A stretch of DNA of 63,903 nt, counting the filler, from Octopus bimaculoides (Eukaryota): assembly GCF_001194135.2 (NCBI RefSeq). It is 6 parts of 6 records of this genome, joined end to end, with 100 filler letters (N's around TTAATTAATTAA, not from the genome) between each part and the next. Parts side by side here need not be neighbours in the genome. Positions count along the whole stretch, not along the records: positions 25,767 to 57,186 come from NC_069005.1; positions 57,287 to 61,274 come from NC_069010.1; positions 61,375 to 62,535 come from NC_068989.1; positions 62,636 to 63,903 come from NC_069007.1; 2 more parts are not named here. One strand, given 5' to 3'. The position numbers were made by a program, and so were the translations under genes. This document shows positions 52,476 to 63,903 of the stretch, one piece after another. Position 1 is the first letter of the stretch, and each line of letters begins with the position of its first letter. The notes under the pieces were generated by a model that did no database searches, was not told the DNA's origin, and saw only the letters and a list, made by a program, of their open reading frames with translations.

Positions 52476-53669
52476 TTACACTTGATTTGCTCCAATTTGC
52501 ATTGTCTAGATTGTCCAAAAATTTCAATCAGCTGATCTTTGTGGAATTATCTCCCTTGCTATTTACAGATGTTGCACACCTTTGAGGGTAGTTTTTGTTT
52601 ACTAATTTCCATAGATAGTTGCAATTAATGGAAGTTTTTCAACTCACTGTCTTGCGTAATATGTCTCCTTGGCAATTTCTCTCAGCCTTGTTGCCCAAAA
52701 CAGGTGCCATTTGGGGAATCTTGAGGGAATTTCATCCTGCATCTGACTGCTTTTGACATAGGACAGTCTGTTCTGTTAGCTGTTGGGGCAAAGAGCATCT
52801 ACCAGATCTGGTGAATGTTAATTTAGAAGAGTCTGGTGTCCTATCCAGAGAGAAGTTTACATCTCATCACTGTCCCTCATGAGCAGAACACTTCATTGCT
52901 TCTATCCGGGAGCCCAACCTGCTAGAAATAGCAGCCAAGTAGTTTTCAAAGCACATTCTGCCATCTTCAATGCGAAAAGGGGACATTAGTTAACGAGGTC
53001 CTGCATACTCCTGAAAATGAGTTGTCTGTATCCAGAATGTCTTTGGACTGCCCCAAGGCTAAACAACAAGAACAACGTTTGTTTAGCTGTTGGAAGGAAT
53101 GGGTGCACCCAGACGATACAAGTCAACGCTGATCCAAACATGACCACCCATAATTTCTTTTCAAGTTTGCCCTAGCACTCCATCTCTACCACCTTTATCT
53201 CTTTCCCATCTACTTGCACTAATCCTTATATAATGCAGGGTTGCCATGTGTCCCCTTTCATAGCAACACACCTGTGCATGTCCCTCTGTCGTGCTTTAGC
53301 CCTTCAACACCTCGCATAATGCCCTCCGCTCCTCTCAAGTACACTTCTTACTTGGTTGCAGATTGAGGGCAGGGACTTTTCTTTCTTTTTCTTTTCTCCC
53401 TGTTATTTGCTCTCTTGCAAGTTACCTGGCAACCCCCACAAGTGTTGGTGGAATGGAAAAAAACACCCAGTACATGGTGTCAAGTGGTTGGCCTAAAGAA
53501 GGGCATCTGGCCATAGAAATCATGCCAAAGCAGACATTGGACCTCAGCACAACCCTCTGAATCACTGGGTCTTGTCAAACTGTCCAACCCATGCCAGCAT
53601 GGAAAATGATTATTGAAGTCAAATGATGACAATGACATAATGCAGGGTATCCTTACCTTAGAAGATAGG

Positions 53670-54165
53670 GTGTGATTTGAGGGCAATTTGGCTGCTATTT
53701 CTAGCTGGTTCACTGACCACATCAAGGCAGTTATTGATTTGACCATCTATTTCTTATAGACACTGATGTTATATCCAGAATCAATATTTATCTCCTTATC
53801 ACATTTCAGCAACAGCTCGGTTTTTTTTTTTTTTTGTGAGATTTAAGGGAAATTTTCCTTCTATTTCTAGCTTGTTGACTGACCACTTATAGGCACTCAT
53901 TTGGTTTAACTATTCTCTTACAGACATTAGTGTTGTATTCAGGGTTAAGGATCAATATTTATCTCCTTATATCAGATCATTTTCAGCTCCTTTTTTTTGG
54001 TGAGATTTAAAGGAGATTTTGCTTCTATTTTTAGCTTGTTGTCTAACCACACGCAGGCACTTGCATTGACTTAGCTATTCTCTTATAGTCACTAGTATTG
54101 CATACAGGATGGAGGATCAGTATTTATCTCCCTAGATCACAAATCATTCACAGCCCCTTTTTTAA
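53670..54165. repeat. Three tandem ~165-bp diverged units
   Basis: GTG(T/A)GATTT..CTATTT(C/T)TAGCT..ATATTTATCTCC..poly-T starting at 53670, 53836 and 54000. Confidence 0.8.
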
Positions 54166-54482
54166 AAACAAGTTTAACAGGTCCCCACTGAAGATGTGCA
54201 CCCATTCCTTCCAACAGCTAAACAAATGTTTATATGGTAACAAAAGGGTTAAATCCAATGGCATACAGATATTTCACTATTCATTTAATTTCATTTCTTG
54301 TTTTGTGTTTTATAAAGTCCTATGGTGATGGATGCATGGTGGGCTTGAAAAGTCATAACTGGAAATGCAAGGATGAAAGTCAATGGGAACAATCAGGTTG
54401 AATGTGAGACGGCTATCATCTGACAGGATGAGGCAAAATTCATGTATGTGAATATGAATCTCTATACAGTAATCCTTTGCCA

Positions 54483-54550
54483 TATCGTGGTTCACCTATC
54501 GCGCACTCGGTACATCGTGGTTCACCTATCACACACTCAGTACATTGTGG
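54483..54550. repeat. 30-bp tandem repeat x~2.3
   Basis: ATCGTGGTTCACCTATC(G/A)C(G/A)CACTC(G/A)GTAC repeated. Confidence 0.75.
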
Positions 54551-54570
54551 ATTTTTCTGGCTAATATATA

Positions 54571-54784
54571 CTCTTTTATTCTTTTACTTGTTTCAGTCAT
54601 TTGACTGTGGCCATGCTGGAGTACCGCCTTTAGTCGAGAAAATCGACTCCAGGACTTATTCTTTGTAAGCCTAGTACTTATTGTATCGGTCTCTTTTGCC
54701 GAACCGCTAAGTTACGGGGACGTAAACACACCAGCATCGGTTGTCAAGCGATGTTGGGGGGGACAAACACACACACAAACACAC

Positions 54785-54829
<45 letters not shown>

Positions 54830-55016
54830 NNNNNNNNNNNNNNNNNNNNNNNNNNNNNNNNNNNNNNNNNNNNNNNNNNNNNNNNNNNNNNNNNNNNNNN
54901 NNNNNNNNNNNNNNNNNNNNNNNNNNNNNNNNNNNNNNNNNNNNNNNNNNNNNNNNNNNNNNNNNNNNNNNNNNNNNNNNNNNNNNNNNNNNNNNNNNNN
55001 NNNNNNNNNNNNNNNN

Positions 55017-55059
<43 letters not shown>

Positions 55060-55224
55060 TACGACGGGCTTCTTTCAGTTTCCGTCTACCAAATCCACTC
55101 ACAAGGCTTTGGTCGGCCCAAGGCTATAGTAGAAGGCACCTGCCCAAGGTGCCATGCAGTGGGACTGAACCCAGAGCCATGTGGTTCGAAACCAAGCTAC
55201 TTACCACACAGCCACTCCTACACC
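54571..55224 (-). mobile_element. Full-length CORE-like SINE spanning a gap in its TA tract
   Basis: Near-identical to 7220-7653 on both sides of the gap. Confidence 0.85.
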
Positions 55225-55983
55225 TTGTAAATTTATATCATGAACTCCTCAGTATATCATTGGTTTCGGCGGCCAATAGGTATTTATATTTTTTTTAGAT
55301 TTTAATTATTTCTGTGGGAGGTTTTGGAACATAACGCCCCCGATAGTCAAGGGATTAAATATCATACATTTATATGTGGCAAAATGCATTGTCCTTATGC
55401 ATTTACTTTCCTGTATAGGTAATGACATGCTGCTACTTGTATGCTTTTGTCTACACTTATGTACTTCAAATATAAATAGCCATGATAGAAAGAAATTAGA
55501 AAATCCTTATATATATCTGGAGTAACATAATTTTCACACTCCAAAACTTCCTAAAAATACCCAGTTAGAAATTTCTTAATTGAAAGCTAATAACACCAAT
55601 GACAAACCCAATCTCAGTGTCACCCATGCTGTGTGACCAGCTGTATTCATAAATCTTTTTTTTGTGAACCCTGAAATACCAAAAGATCAGCCTTATATAC
55701 AACGAATGTCCACGCATGACTGAACCTTATACAATAGCAAAATTCCTATATCAAACCAAATTAAATCTTTTCATAACTTTCTACCAATCCTCATAATAGA
55801 GACATACTTCTCTTCTTTCCTCCTTTATTCCCCTTTCCTATGCAATTGTTTCCCCTGTTACACATATCCTACATAATTTATCATTCATATTACCCACCTA
55901 CTAGAAAAAACAGCATGCCAAAGACTATGTAAAGCCAGGAAGTCAGTGTCAACCTTTTTCTTGTAACAATAAATATACATATA

Positions 55984-56461
55984 GGTGCAGGCATGGCTGT
56001 GTGGTAAGAAGCTTGCTTCCCAGCCACATGGTCCAGGGTTCAGTCCCACTGCATAGCACCTTGGGCAAGTGCCTTCTACTATAACCTCAGGGCAATCAAA
56101 GCATTGTGAGTGGATTTGGTTGAGGGAAACTAAAAAAGGCCTGACATGGTGTGTGTGTCTTTGTGTCTCCCCCACCACCACTTGACAACTGGTGTTGGTG
56201 TGTTTGCATCCCTGTAACTTAGAAGTTCGGCAAAAGAGACCGATAGAATAAGTATTCTTTTATTCTTTCACTTGTTTCAGTCATTCGACTGTGGCCATGC
56301 TGGAGCACTGCCTTTAGTCAATCAAGTCGACCCCAGGACTTATTCTTTATAAGCCTAGTACTTATTCTATCGGACTCGTTTGCCGAACTGCTAAGTTACG
56401 GGGATGCAAACAGACCAACATCGGTTGTCAAGCAATGGTGGGGGACAAACACAGACACACA

Positions 56462-56514
<53 letters not shown>

Positions 56515-56790
56515 GTACGACGGGTTTCTTTCAGTTTCTGTCTACCAAATCCACTCACAAGGCTCTGGTTGGCTTGAGGCTATAGTAGAAGACACTGGCT
56601 CCAAGGGGCCATGCAGTGATACTGAACCTGGAACCTTGTGGTTGGGAAGCAAGCTTCTTACCACACAGCCACACTGCGCTTATTATTAGGCTTAAAACAT
56701 AGGTCCTGGAGTCGATTCATTCGACTAAAAAGTTCGTGGTGGTGCTGCAGCATGGCTGCAGTCTCGTGACTGGAACAAGTAAGAAATAAG
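55984..56790 (+). mobile_element. CORE-like SINE split by a nested antisense copy
   Basis: 55984-56256 runs from the head to ...gatagaataagtatt. It resumes at ~56681 with tattaggctt...gtcctggagtcgatt. Confidence 0.82.
56257..56680 (-). mobile_element. Full-length CORE-like SINE nested in another copy
   Basis: Tail cttttattctttcacttgtttcagtc at 56257; head ...ccacacagccacactgcgc at 56680. Confidence 0.85.
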
Positions 56791-57141
56791 AGATATTGTC
56801 ACCATCATCATATAACATGTGTTTTCCATGCTGGTGCAACAGGATCTGGTGAGCCACAGGATATCATCAGCTTTGACATGGTCTCTACAGGTGGATGTCC
56901 TTTCTAACACCATCCTGTTTACAGTGTGTACTGGCTGCTTTTTTCATGCCCCTGGCACTAGAGAGGTTGCCAAGCAACTTACAAGACAGGAAAAGAAGAA
57001 GAAAAAGCCTTCTCAACTAAGTGGAGCGGGGGAGTGTTTGACAGGAAGAATGTAGTTTTATACCAGCTGTTGAGATAATAAAAGTATGATAGAAGGACAA
57101 GCAGAGCTGTCTTGCTATAGAGGAGTGATGGAATGACAGAG

Positions 57142-57186
<45 letters not shown>

Positions 57187-57609
57187 NNNNNNNNNNNNNN
57201 NNNNNNNNNNNNNNNNNNNNNNNNNNNNNNTTAATTAATTAANNNNNNNNNNNNNNNNNNNNNNNNNNNNNNNNNNNNNNNNNNNNTTGTAATCTCTAAA
57301 TTCTTCTACGTGGATGAATAGAGAAATTCGAAAAGTTACAAATTAAGAAATTGCGGTCGAAACGGGGTGAATTAAAATTTTGAAAAAAGTGATTTCTGGG
57401 CAGAATCGTATTAACCCCCTTTTATACGGTGAAATAATACATATTTTGTGATTCTTCTTAAGAGCAGAAAGCACTTTCATGCAAACCCAGACAAATAGTA
57501 CCCTCCGCCCCTCCACTTTTAAACAAACAATAGCTTCCATTTTGCTAGTAATCCAGTTGGCTATATATCTGCTCTGCCGATTCTGCCCATAAGAAAGGAA
57601 CAAATAATA

Positions 57610-58320
57610 CAGTGTGACTGTAGATCATAACGCCCGTGTTGTCTTCTAGTACAAGGTGTGCGTGTCTTTGGAAAAGAAGTTCGTTTTGAATCGTTCGTCC
57701 ATCCGTCCGCTATGTTTTTCTACCCAGTGTTTAATTGCTTCCAGGCCCAAAGTGTGATGTATATTAGTATAAAGATTAGTCAAAGCCTGTAAATATAGTA
57801 CGTTCTGGGACAGTGGATGGAATGTGTTTGAGGAAATCCATGTCGTCTCGGGCATAACGGTTTGAGGTGTATATCCAAATGATGGCTCAGTTGTTGTGTC
57901 GGGGTTTAATGTCCAGCAACTGTTGATCTCAATTTGATGTCAGTAGGTCTTAGTATTTTTATGTGCTGATTCCTCTGTTCATTTATGGCTCTCTGTATTT
58001 CGAAGCATTTATGGATCTTGGGTGATCTCTAGAAAATACTTTGATTACAGAGTTGCATAAATAATCTTTTTCTGTCTGTGAATGAACGTTGATATTCATT
58101 TATTAGACGTTTGAATGTATTCATTATTACTTTTTCCGGGTATCTTGGTTCTTCCTTGTAGCAGGTTTGGTCTGTTTAAGATATTTTATCGTTATAGTAG
58201 TCTTTGTCCATGGTTGCTATCACCCTTCCCTAATCGGTTTCTTTTAGGATGATTGATTTGCCATTCTTCAGTGTTTGTAAGGCTTTCTTTTCTTCTTCAC
58301 GAAGGTTCTGTTCGCTTCAC
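57610..58320 (-). mobile_element. Degenerate Penelope-like RT N-terminal region
   Basis: NLREEEKKALQTLKN..K...KG...MDKDYY..RPIVAG..LYTNIHHTLGLEAIKHW, with stops and frameshifts. Confidence 0.7.
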
Positions 58321-59994
58321 GGGTACTTTATTATATAAGATAGAATACAGATTTAAGTCACCACGTTAAGTATGAATGAAAAACACACATGCATGTAAAA
58401 TATGAGAAAAGAATGGATGTTCAAAATATTTGTGATTTGAATTAGATTTACAAAGCCTTCGTTGCAACATCAGTAATCAGTGGAAGATATTTTTATCATC
58501 ACAGAATTCACCTTTATTTATAACTATCTTGTTTCTGTAGAATGAGCATTCCATTTGTTATTACGCTTTGTTGTCAAAAGTAATTTATCTTTTCAAAAGT
58601 AAACTCCTTTCTTTTGCTTAGTTGATGCATAAAAGTTCTTTACAAAAATAAATACACCAAAAAAGCCTTCAAGACTGAAATAATAGACTAGGAAGGAAAG
58701 CATAACAGAAATTGAAAGGGGTTTCTTAATAGAATTGGTGGTCGTAGAGTGGGGAAACCCTTATTTAATTTTAAGTGCTACAAAGGAGAAGAACCTTACA
58801 TGATGATTTAACTGGCTAAGGGTGTCATTTAAAAAAGGGATGTGACAACATACATTGTCTTAGTTTTTTCGTCTTTTTTAGTATTTTGCTCCTTACCCTT
58901 GCTGCATTAAACCTCAGTCCGTTCCCATTATTAACCCCGTATACTAAATCCTTTATCCCCTAAATAGCATCCCTCTTCATCATTCCTGTAAAGGTTGACC
59001 GGCAACAGCTCAAGTGGAATATTAATGATATCTGTCTCACAAGTATTGGAGATCTTTCAGGAGTTATACAACTTGTCTGATCCTTTCTCCAAAATCGGTA
59101 AAATAAAAAGTGTGGGATTTTAACTCAGATCACAAACAACTGGACAATATACTGCAAGGTGTCTCATTCGACGTCCTTATAGTTGCATTAGTTCATTGAG
59201 CTGTTATGGTTTTTTGTTGATCTCAGAAATGAATGACGCAAGGTTGAAGTCAGATTGCCATTTGTCAGAACACAATGAATTCTACTAGACGTCAAAAGAT
59301 TTGTGCCAATCCTCGCTTAAGTTATGAACGATGAAAATATCTAACTTATTAAATATAACATCAATTTTACTATTCAACATCTTGAATTATACGAGATTTA
59401 GGAATTCCATTATTGAAATTTTTCTCTTTACATTAGGATTTCTCATTTGGTCAAAACGTTCCAAATTTTTTGAGAGATAGATCTGATAGAATAAAATGAT
59501 CCACTTTAGTATCAGAATATTTGATTAAGACTGAAAGGCTAAGGTGACTAATGAAATGATGCAAGCCAATTAACTGGAAATAATCACCTGGAAGAGCAAT
59601 GTACTACAACAGAATATTTACGATTGTCATGAGCATGTATCAAATAATTACTCTTTTTTATTCTTTTCCATTTCTTGAGAAGTTAAATTTTAATAATGCA
59701 CTTAAAAATTACGTAAGTTTTCAGGTGAACGGGGATATATATCAATCAGCCGAAACTTCAATTAAGCTTGCATAATTTTGTAATAATTTTGTAATAACTT
59801 TTATTGTGTTCATGAAAGGGTAAATTTTACTGATGACATTCTATCAAAAATAAATTCCTCATAATTTGTTCAAACATCACTATTTTGATTTCTTCACTTA
59901 GGTATTTTAAGAATTTGGTAATTTAAGCGGATCTCGCCATTATCTGCAGTTTAATCCATCTCTATCTTTTTTAATTATAAAAATAATCATTTCT

Positions 59995-60210
59995 TCTACA
60001 AGAACAAACCTGAAATTTTGGGAAAGGGTTAGGGTTAGGGTTAGGGTCCTTTACATTGATCTCAGAGATAAATTGATATTTATTTTAACGACCCCAAAGA
60101 ATGAAAAGCAAAGTCAACCTCGACAGAATTTAAAGTCGAAACGTAAAGACGAACGAAATACCGCTTAACATTTTGGCCGGGGAACAAGGATTCTAATAGC
60201 TCGCTGCATA
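59995..60210 (-). mobile_element. Degenerate GGCGGCGAGCT-head SINE containing (TTAGGG)3
   Basis: gaaattttggg...aaagtcaacctcgacagaattt...gaaataccgctta...gctcgctgc; telomeric hexamers at 60029-60046. Confidence 0.7.
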
Positions 60211-61774
60211 TTCTATTGTATAACTAATACAAACAATAATTAAAAACTATTCTGTGACAAGATCAACTGATATTATATCATATTACTGTAACAATAAGCA
60301 ACAATTCAACTAATTAATGAAATAATATAACTCTGTGAAATACACGTTTTCTAAGCACTAAAGTTTTTATATTATCCGTTCATTGAATATACCGTAAGAT
60401 TTGATAAGATCAGACAAATAACATCAAATTCGGATACTAGTCAGATTCAGTCATTGTGTATGCGATGTTATACATTATAAATTCAATATGATAAGAAACA
60501 GTTTATTTGACTTCACAGCAGGTAACATATCGATGTGTTTTACTCTAACATAAGATTATGTTTAAAGCTGTGAGATCAACAGCATAAGCGATTAGCTGAG
60601 AACACATCAAGGAAAATTTAAAACATTGGATATGGAAAATACGTAGAAAGTGTCAAATACTTACAAATCTACAATATTCGTCGGAATCGGTTGTGGGACT
60701 GATGTTAGATTGCGCTTTTGACAATTTACATTTGTAAGTGATTTGCAAGTACATATCTTGCATATAGATGAATCAGCATGAGCCTCCAAAACCAATATCG
60801 TACACAGTATCAACACAAGAGTCCGTCTATATGATGCTATGTGGTGAAAAATATTTCCAGGCGTAGATTTATCTGTAAAAGAAGAAAATAGGAAATACCA
60901 GAGACTTCAAAGTTATTAACTTCACACTGCAGATTCTCCCAAGCAACTAAAATTCACCCCTGTTCCACATGACAAATATATTTTTGTTTTCATGATTGGA
61001 TATTTAAAGCTAAAAAAATGAAATTTCGATAAATTAGTGTGAAGAAATTTATTAAATATTATAGCTTTAACGCGTAATAATGTCAAAGAAAACTGAACAT
61101 CAAACACACACACACACACACACATACACATACACGCAAAAACACGCACATACAAACATACACACACACACACAAACGCACCCTACACACATCTTTAACC
61201 ATACTTGGAGGGTCTAATATATATATACAAAACTAACGAACCATGAGCTTCGTGGACCCTAAATACGCCTTGGTNNNNNNNNNNNNNNNNNNNNNNNNNN
61301 NNNNNNNNNNNNNNNNNNTTAATTAATTAANNNNNNNNNNNNNNNNNNNNNNNNNNNNNNNNNNNNNNNNNNNNTATATATATATATATATATCCACATA
61401 CATACATTTGTACATATGAATGTATATTGGTTGATTTTGTTCTCCTGAGGGAGAGAAAATAAGTGGTACAGATAGATACGTAGATAGAGAGAGAAAGAGA
61501 GAATGAGAGAGAGTGCATGTTTGTTGTGTGTGGATTTCTATAAAATAAATTCAACGTGATGCGTGATTTTTTGCTACTTATGGAATATTGTTTTATTTAT
61601 ATTTTAAAGTCACAGTTAGTTTACTTTAGAAAATCAATATTCATTTCACCATTTTGTATTATCACCAAAAAATGTGATAAAAGTTAAATTATTATTAATG
61701 TACGTATGTCATATTTCCTCATATCATACATTGTAGTGAAAGCATAAAATTCAAAGTTGTACATACATACATTA

Positions 61775-61805
<31 letters not shown>

Positions 61806-61948
61806 CATACATAAGACTAGGCACAAATAATCTCCCTTAGATTTCTTCATTGTAGTAAATTTGACTTACAGCCGTTTCCAGTAATCATTATAGGTTCGTT
61901 ATTAATAAGTTTATTCAAACGGCCCATGGATCGGTAAATATATATACA

Positions 61949-62534
61949 TTGCGTGCCCTTAAGTATTTCCTAGACCAACGCCCCAACCCACAACCCGACA
62001 CCTCCACACTCATTCGTCTGGACGAACTTGTCCTATCTCTTAACTGCTTCTCGTTCGCGGGGGATATCTACCAGCATTTCTCGGGAGTGGCCATGGGGAC
62101 CAGAATGGGCCCCAACTACGCGAACCTGTTCGTTGGTTATGTTGAGGCTCAAATATTCTCAAGTTTCACTGGTCCTACTCCCGAACTATACGGTCGTTAT
62201 ATCGACGACTGTATCGGTGCCACCTCACTCTCCCGCGAACATCTTGACTCGTTCCTCTCTTTCGTTCAATCCTTTCATCCTGCACTCCACTTCTCCTGTA
62301 CTATCTCTGACACCTCTGTCCCCTTTCTCGACATTTCTGTCAGCATCCTTCAATCCACTCTTGGCACCTCCATCCACTACAAACACACAGACTCACACTC
62401 CTATCTCAACTTCTCCTCCTCTCACCCTAAACACACAAAACTTTCCATCCCCTATTCCCAATTCCTCCGTCTACACAGACTTTGTAGTGACAGCCATGAC
62501 TTTGAGACTCAGTTTCAACTCATGGCTCGCCACT
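61949..62534 (+). mobile_element. Penelope-like element reverse transcriptase core, frame open up to the gap
   Basis: LVLSLNCFSF..YQHFSGVAMGTRMGPNYANLFVG..YGRYIDDC..HPALHFS..PFLDI..HYKHTDSHSYL..SSHP..SIPYSQFLRL are canonical PLE RT motifs. Confidence 0.92.
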
Positions 62535-63289
62535 TNNNNNNNNNNNNNNNNNNNNNNNNNNNNNNNNNNNNNNNNNNNNTTAATTAATTAANNNNNNNNN
62601 NNNNNNNNNNNNNNNNNNNNNNNNNNNNNNNNNNNATAACGGCTTTATGAAACACGCTCCTTTTAAAAAAAAAAACTACGCCATTGAAAAAAATAAATAT
62701 TTTTAGATGATCGATACACTGAAAACTGTGTTGAAGTAGATAAGATAACTACTAAAGAATTGTTAAAAACATTTTGGAAATCCATTTTTTATGGGTTGGT
62801 GGTGGTGGTGGTGTTGTTGTTGGTGGTTGTGATGGCGGAGGGACAGACTCCATTTTTGGAAATCCAATTTTGAAAATGCAATTTTTGGTTTTGGTGAAGT
62901 GAGGAAAATTAATGCTATATGCTGAAAGATTACTGAGCCGTCACTCGCGAGCGAGCGGGATCTAGTACGTTGTGGCGTTCCTCTGTTAAATGCTTTAAGT
63001 ACTGATGCAGTCATGAGTGATTACATAGGCATCTAATGCAGTGAAGGCATTTGGCCTAGCGATTAGAATGTGGTATTGACGATCGTAAAGTCGTATTTTC
63101 GGTTCCTGGACTGGCGATTCCACTCAGCTGTAGACGAGGAACCTTCGACGAAGAGTCGCGCCGTTTAGGGTTGATGTTTTCTTTTTGGTTACATACACAG
63201 CTGGGTTACGTACACGCCTGTTACATACACGACTCGGTTACATGCACGCCCTATGAATCCTGAGAGACAGGACAGAAATGCGCCGAGGT

Positions 63290-63590
63290 TGATGATCCTG
63301 ATGATGACGACGACGATGATGATGATGATGATGACGACGACGATGATGATGATGATGATGATGATGGCGACGACGACGACGACGACGACAACCTCGACGT
63401 TGAGGATGATGACGATGATGATGATGATGGTGATGATGATGGTGGTGGTGGTGATATTGGCGACTGACAACGACGGCGAGGACGATGATAATGATGATGA
63501 TGTCGGCAACGGCAGTGATGGTGGTAGCGGTGGTGGCGATGGTGATGGTGGTGGTGATTGTGGTGGCGGTAGTGGTAGGTGTGGTGGCGT
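63290..63590. repeat. Compound (GAT/GAC/GGT)n trinucleotide repeat
   Basis: Direct reading; abuts the RTE fragment. Confidence 0.9.
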
Positions 63591-63903
63591 GTGGCACTTT
63601 TTCACACAGCTATCCTCATCCATTCTCGCCAAATGACCATACCAGCGCAATCATCTTTCTTGCACACCACATCTTATGCTTCTTAGGTCAAACTTTTCTC
63701 TCAAGGTACTTACACTCTGTTGAGTATGCACACTGACACTACACATCCATCGGAGCATACTGGCTTCATTCCTTTCGAGCTTACACATGTCCTCAGCAGT
63801 CACGGCCCAAGTTTCACTGCCATGTAGCATGGCTGTTCATACACATGTGTCATACAGTCTGCCTTTTACTCTGAGAGAGAGACCCTTTGTCACCAGCAGA
63901 GGT
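63585..63903 (-). mobile_element. RTE-like LINE fragment (same family)
   Basis: PLLVTKGLSLRVKGRLYDTCV*TAMLHGSETWAVTAEDMCKLERNEASMLRWMC..LRWYGHLARMDEDSCVKKCH. Confidence 0.85.

Noticed and set aside
52564-52592. Possible microexon tttacag|ATGTTGCACACCTTTGAGG|gtagtt
   Set aside because: Weak donor, 19 nt (frame-shifting) and no similarity to syntaxin.
63189-63736. Poly-His/Pro/Asp/Met ORFs (also 9993-10266 and 19687-20128)
   Set aside because: Translations of trinucleotide microsatellites, open in several frames and on both strands.

Overview
AT-rich, gap-ridden eukaryotic scaffold, dense in microsatellites, SINEs and decayed transposons. The repeat families and the one recognisable peptide point to an octopus/cephalopod; this is recalled pattern knowledge, not a database search. 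The only host coding sequence I can support is a 33-nt first coding exon at 41445-41477 (+), MTKDRLAALKA|gtgagt, the N-peptide of neuronal syntaxin-1. No exon 2 is visible in the sequenced bases, so the remaining ~22 kb is probably intron 1. The rest is mobile DNA: three or more tRNA-derived SINE families, RTE-, L1/Tx1- and CR1/Jockey-like LINE fragments, two Penelope-like RT fragments (one with an open frame), mariner and DD37D/maT remnants, and mariner- and piggyBac-type MITEs. Almost all listed ORFs are microsatellite or N-gap artefacts. I found no convincing new multi-gene system. The best leads are the N-peptide-only exon, a SINE nested antisense inside a SINE that makes a ~270-bp hairpin in the syntaxin intron, and a 91-bp TTAGGG-bearing mini-MITE with apparent 8-bp TSDs.
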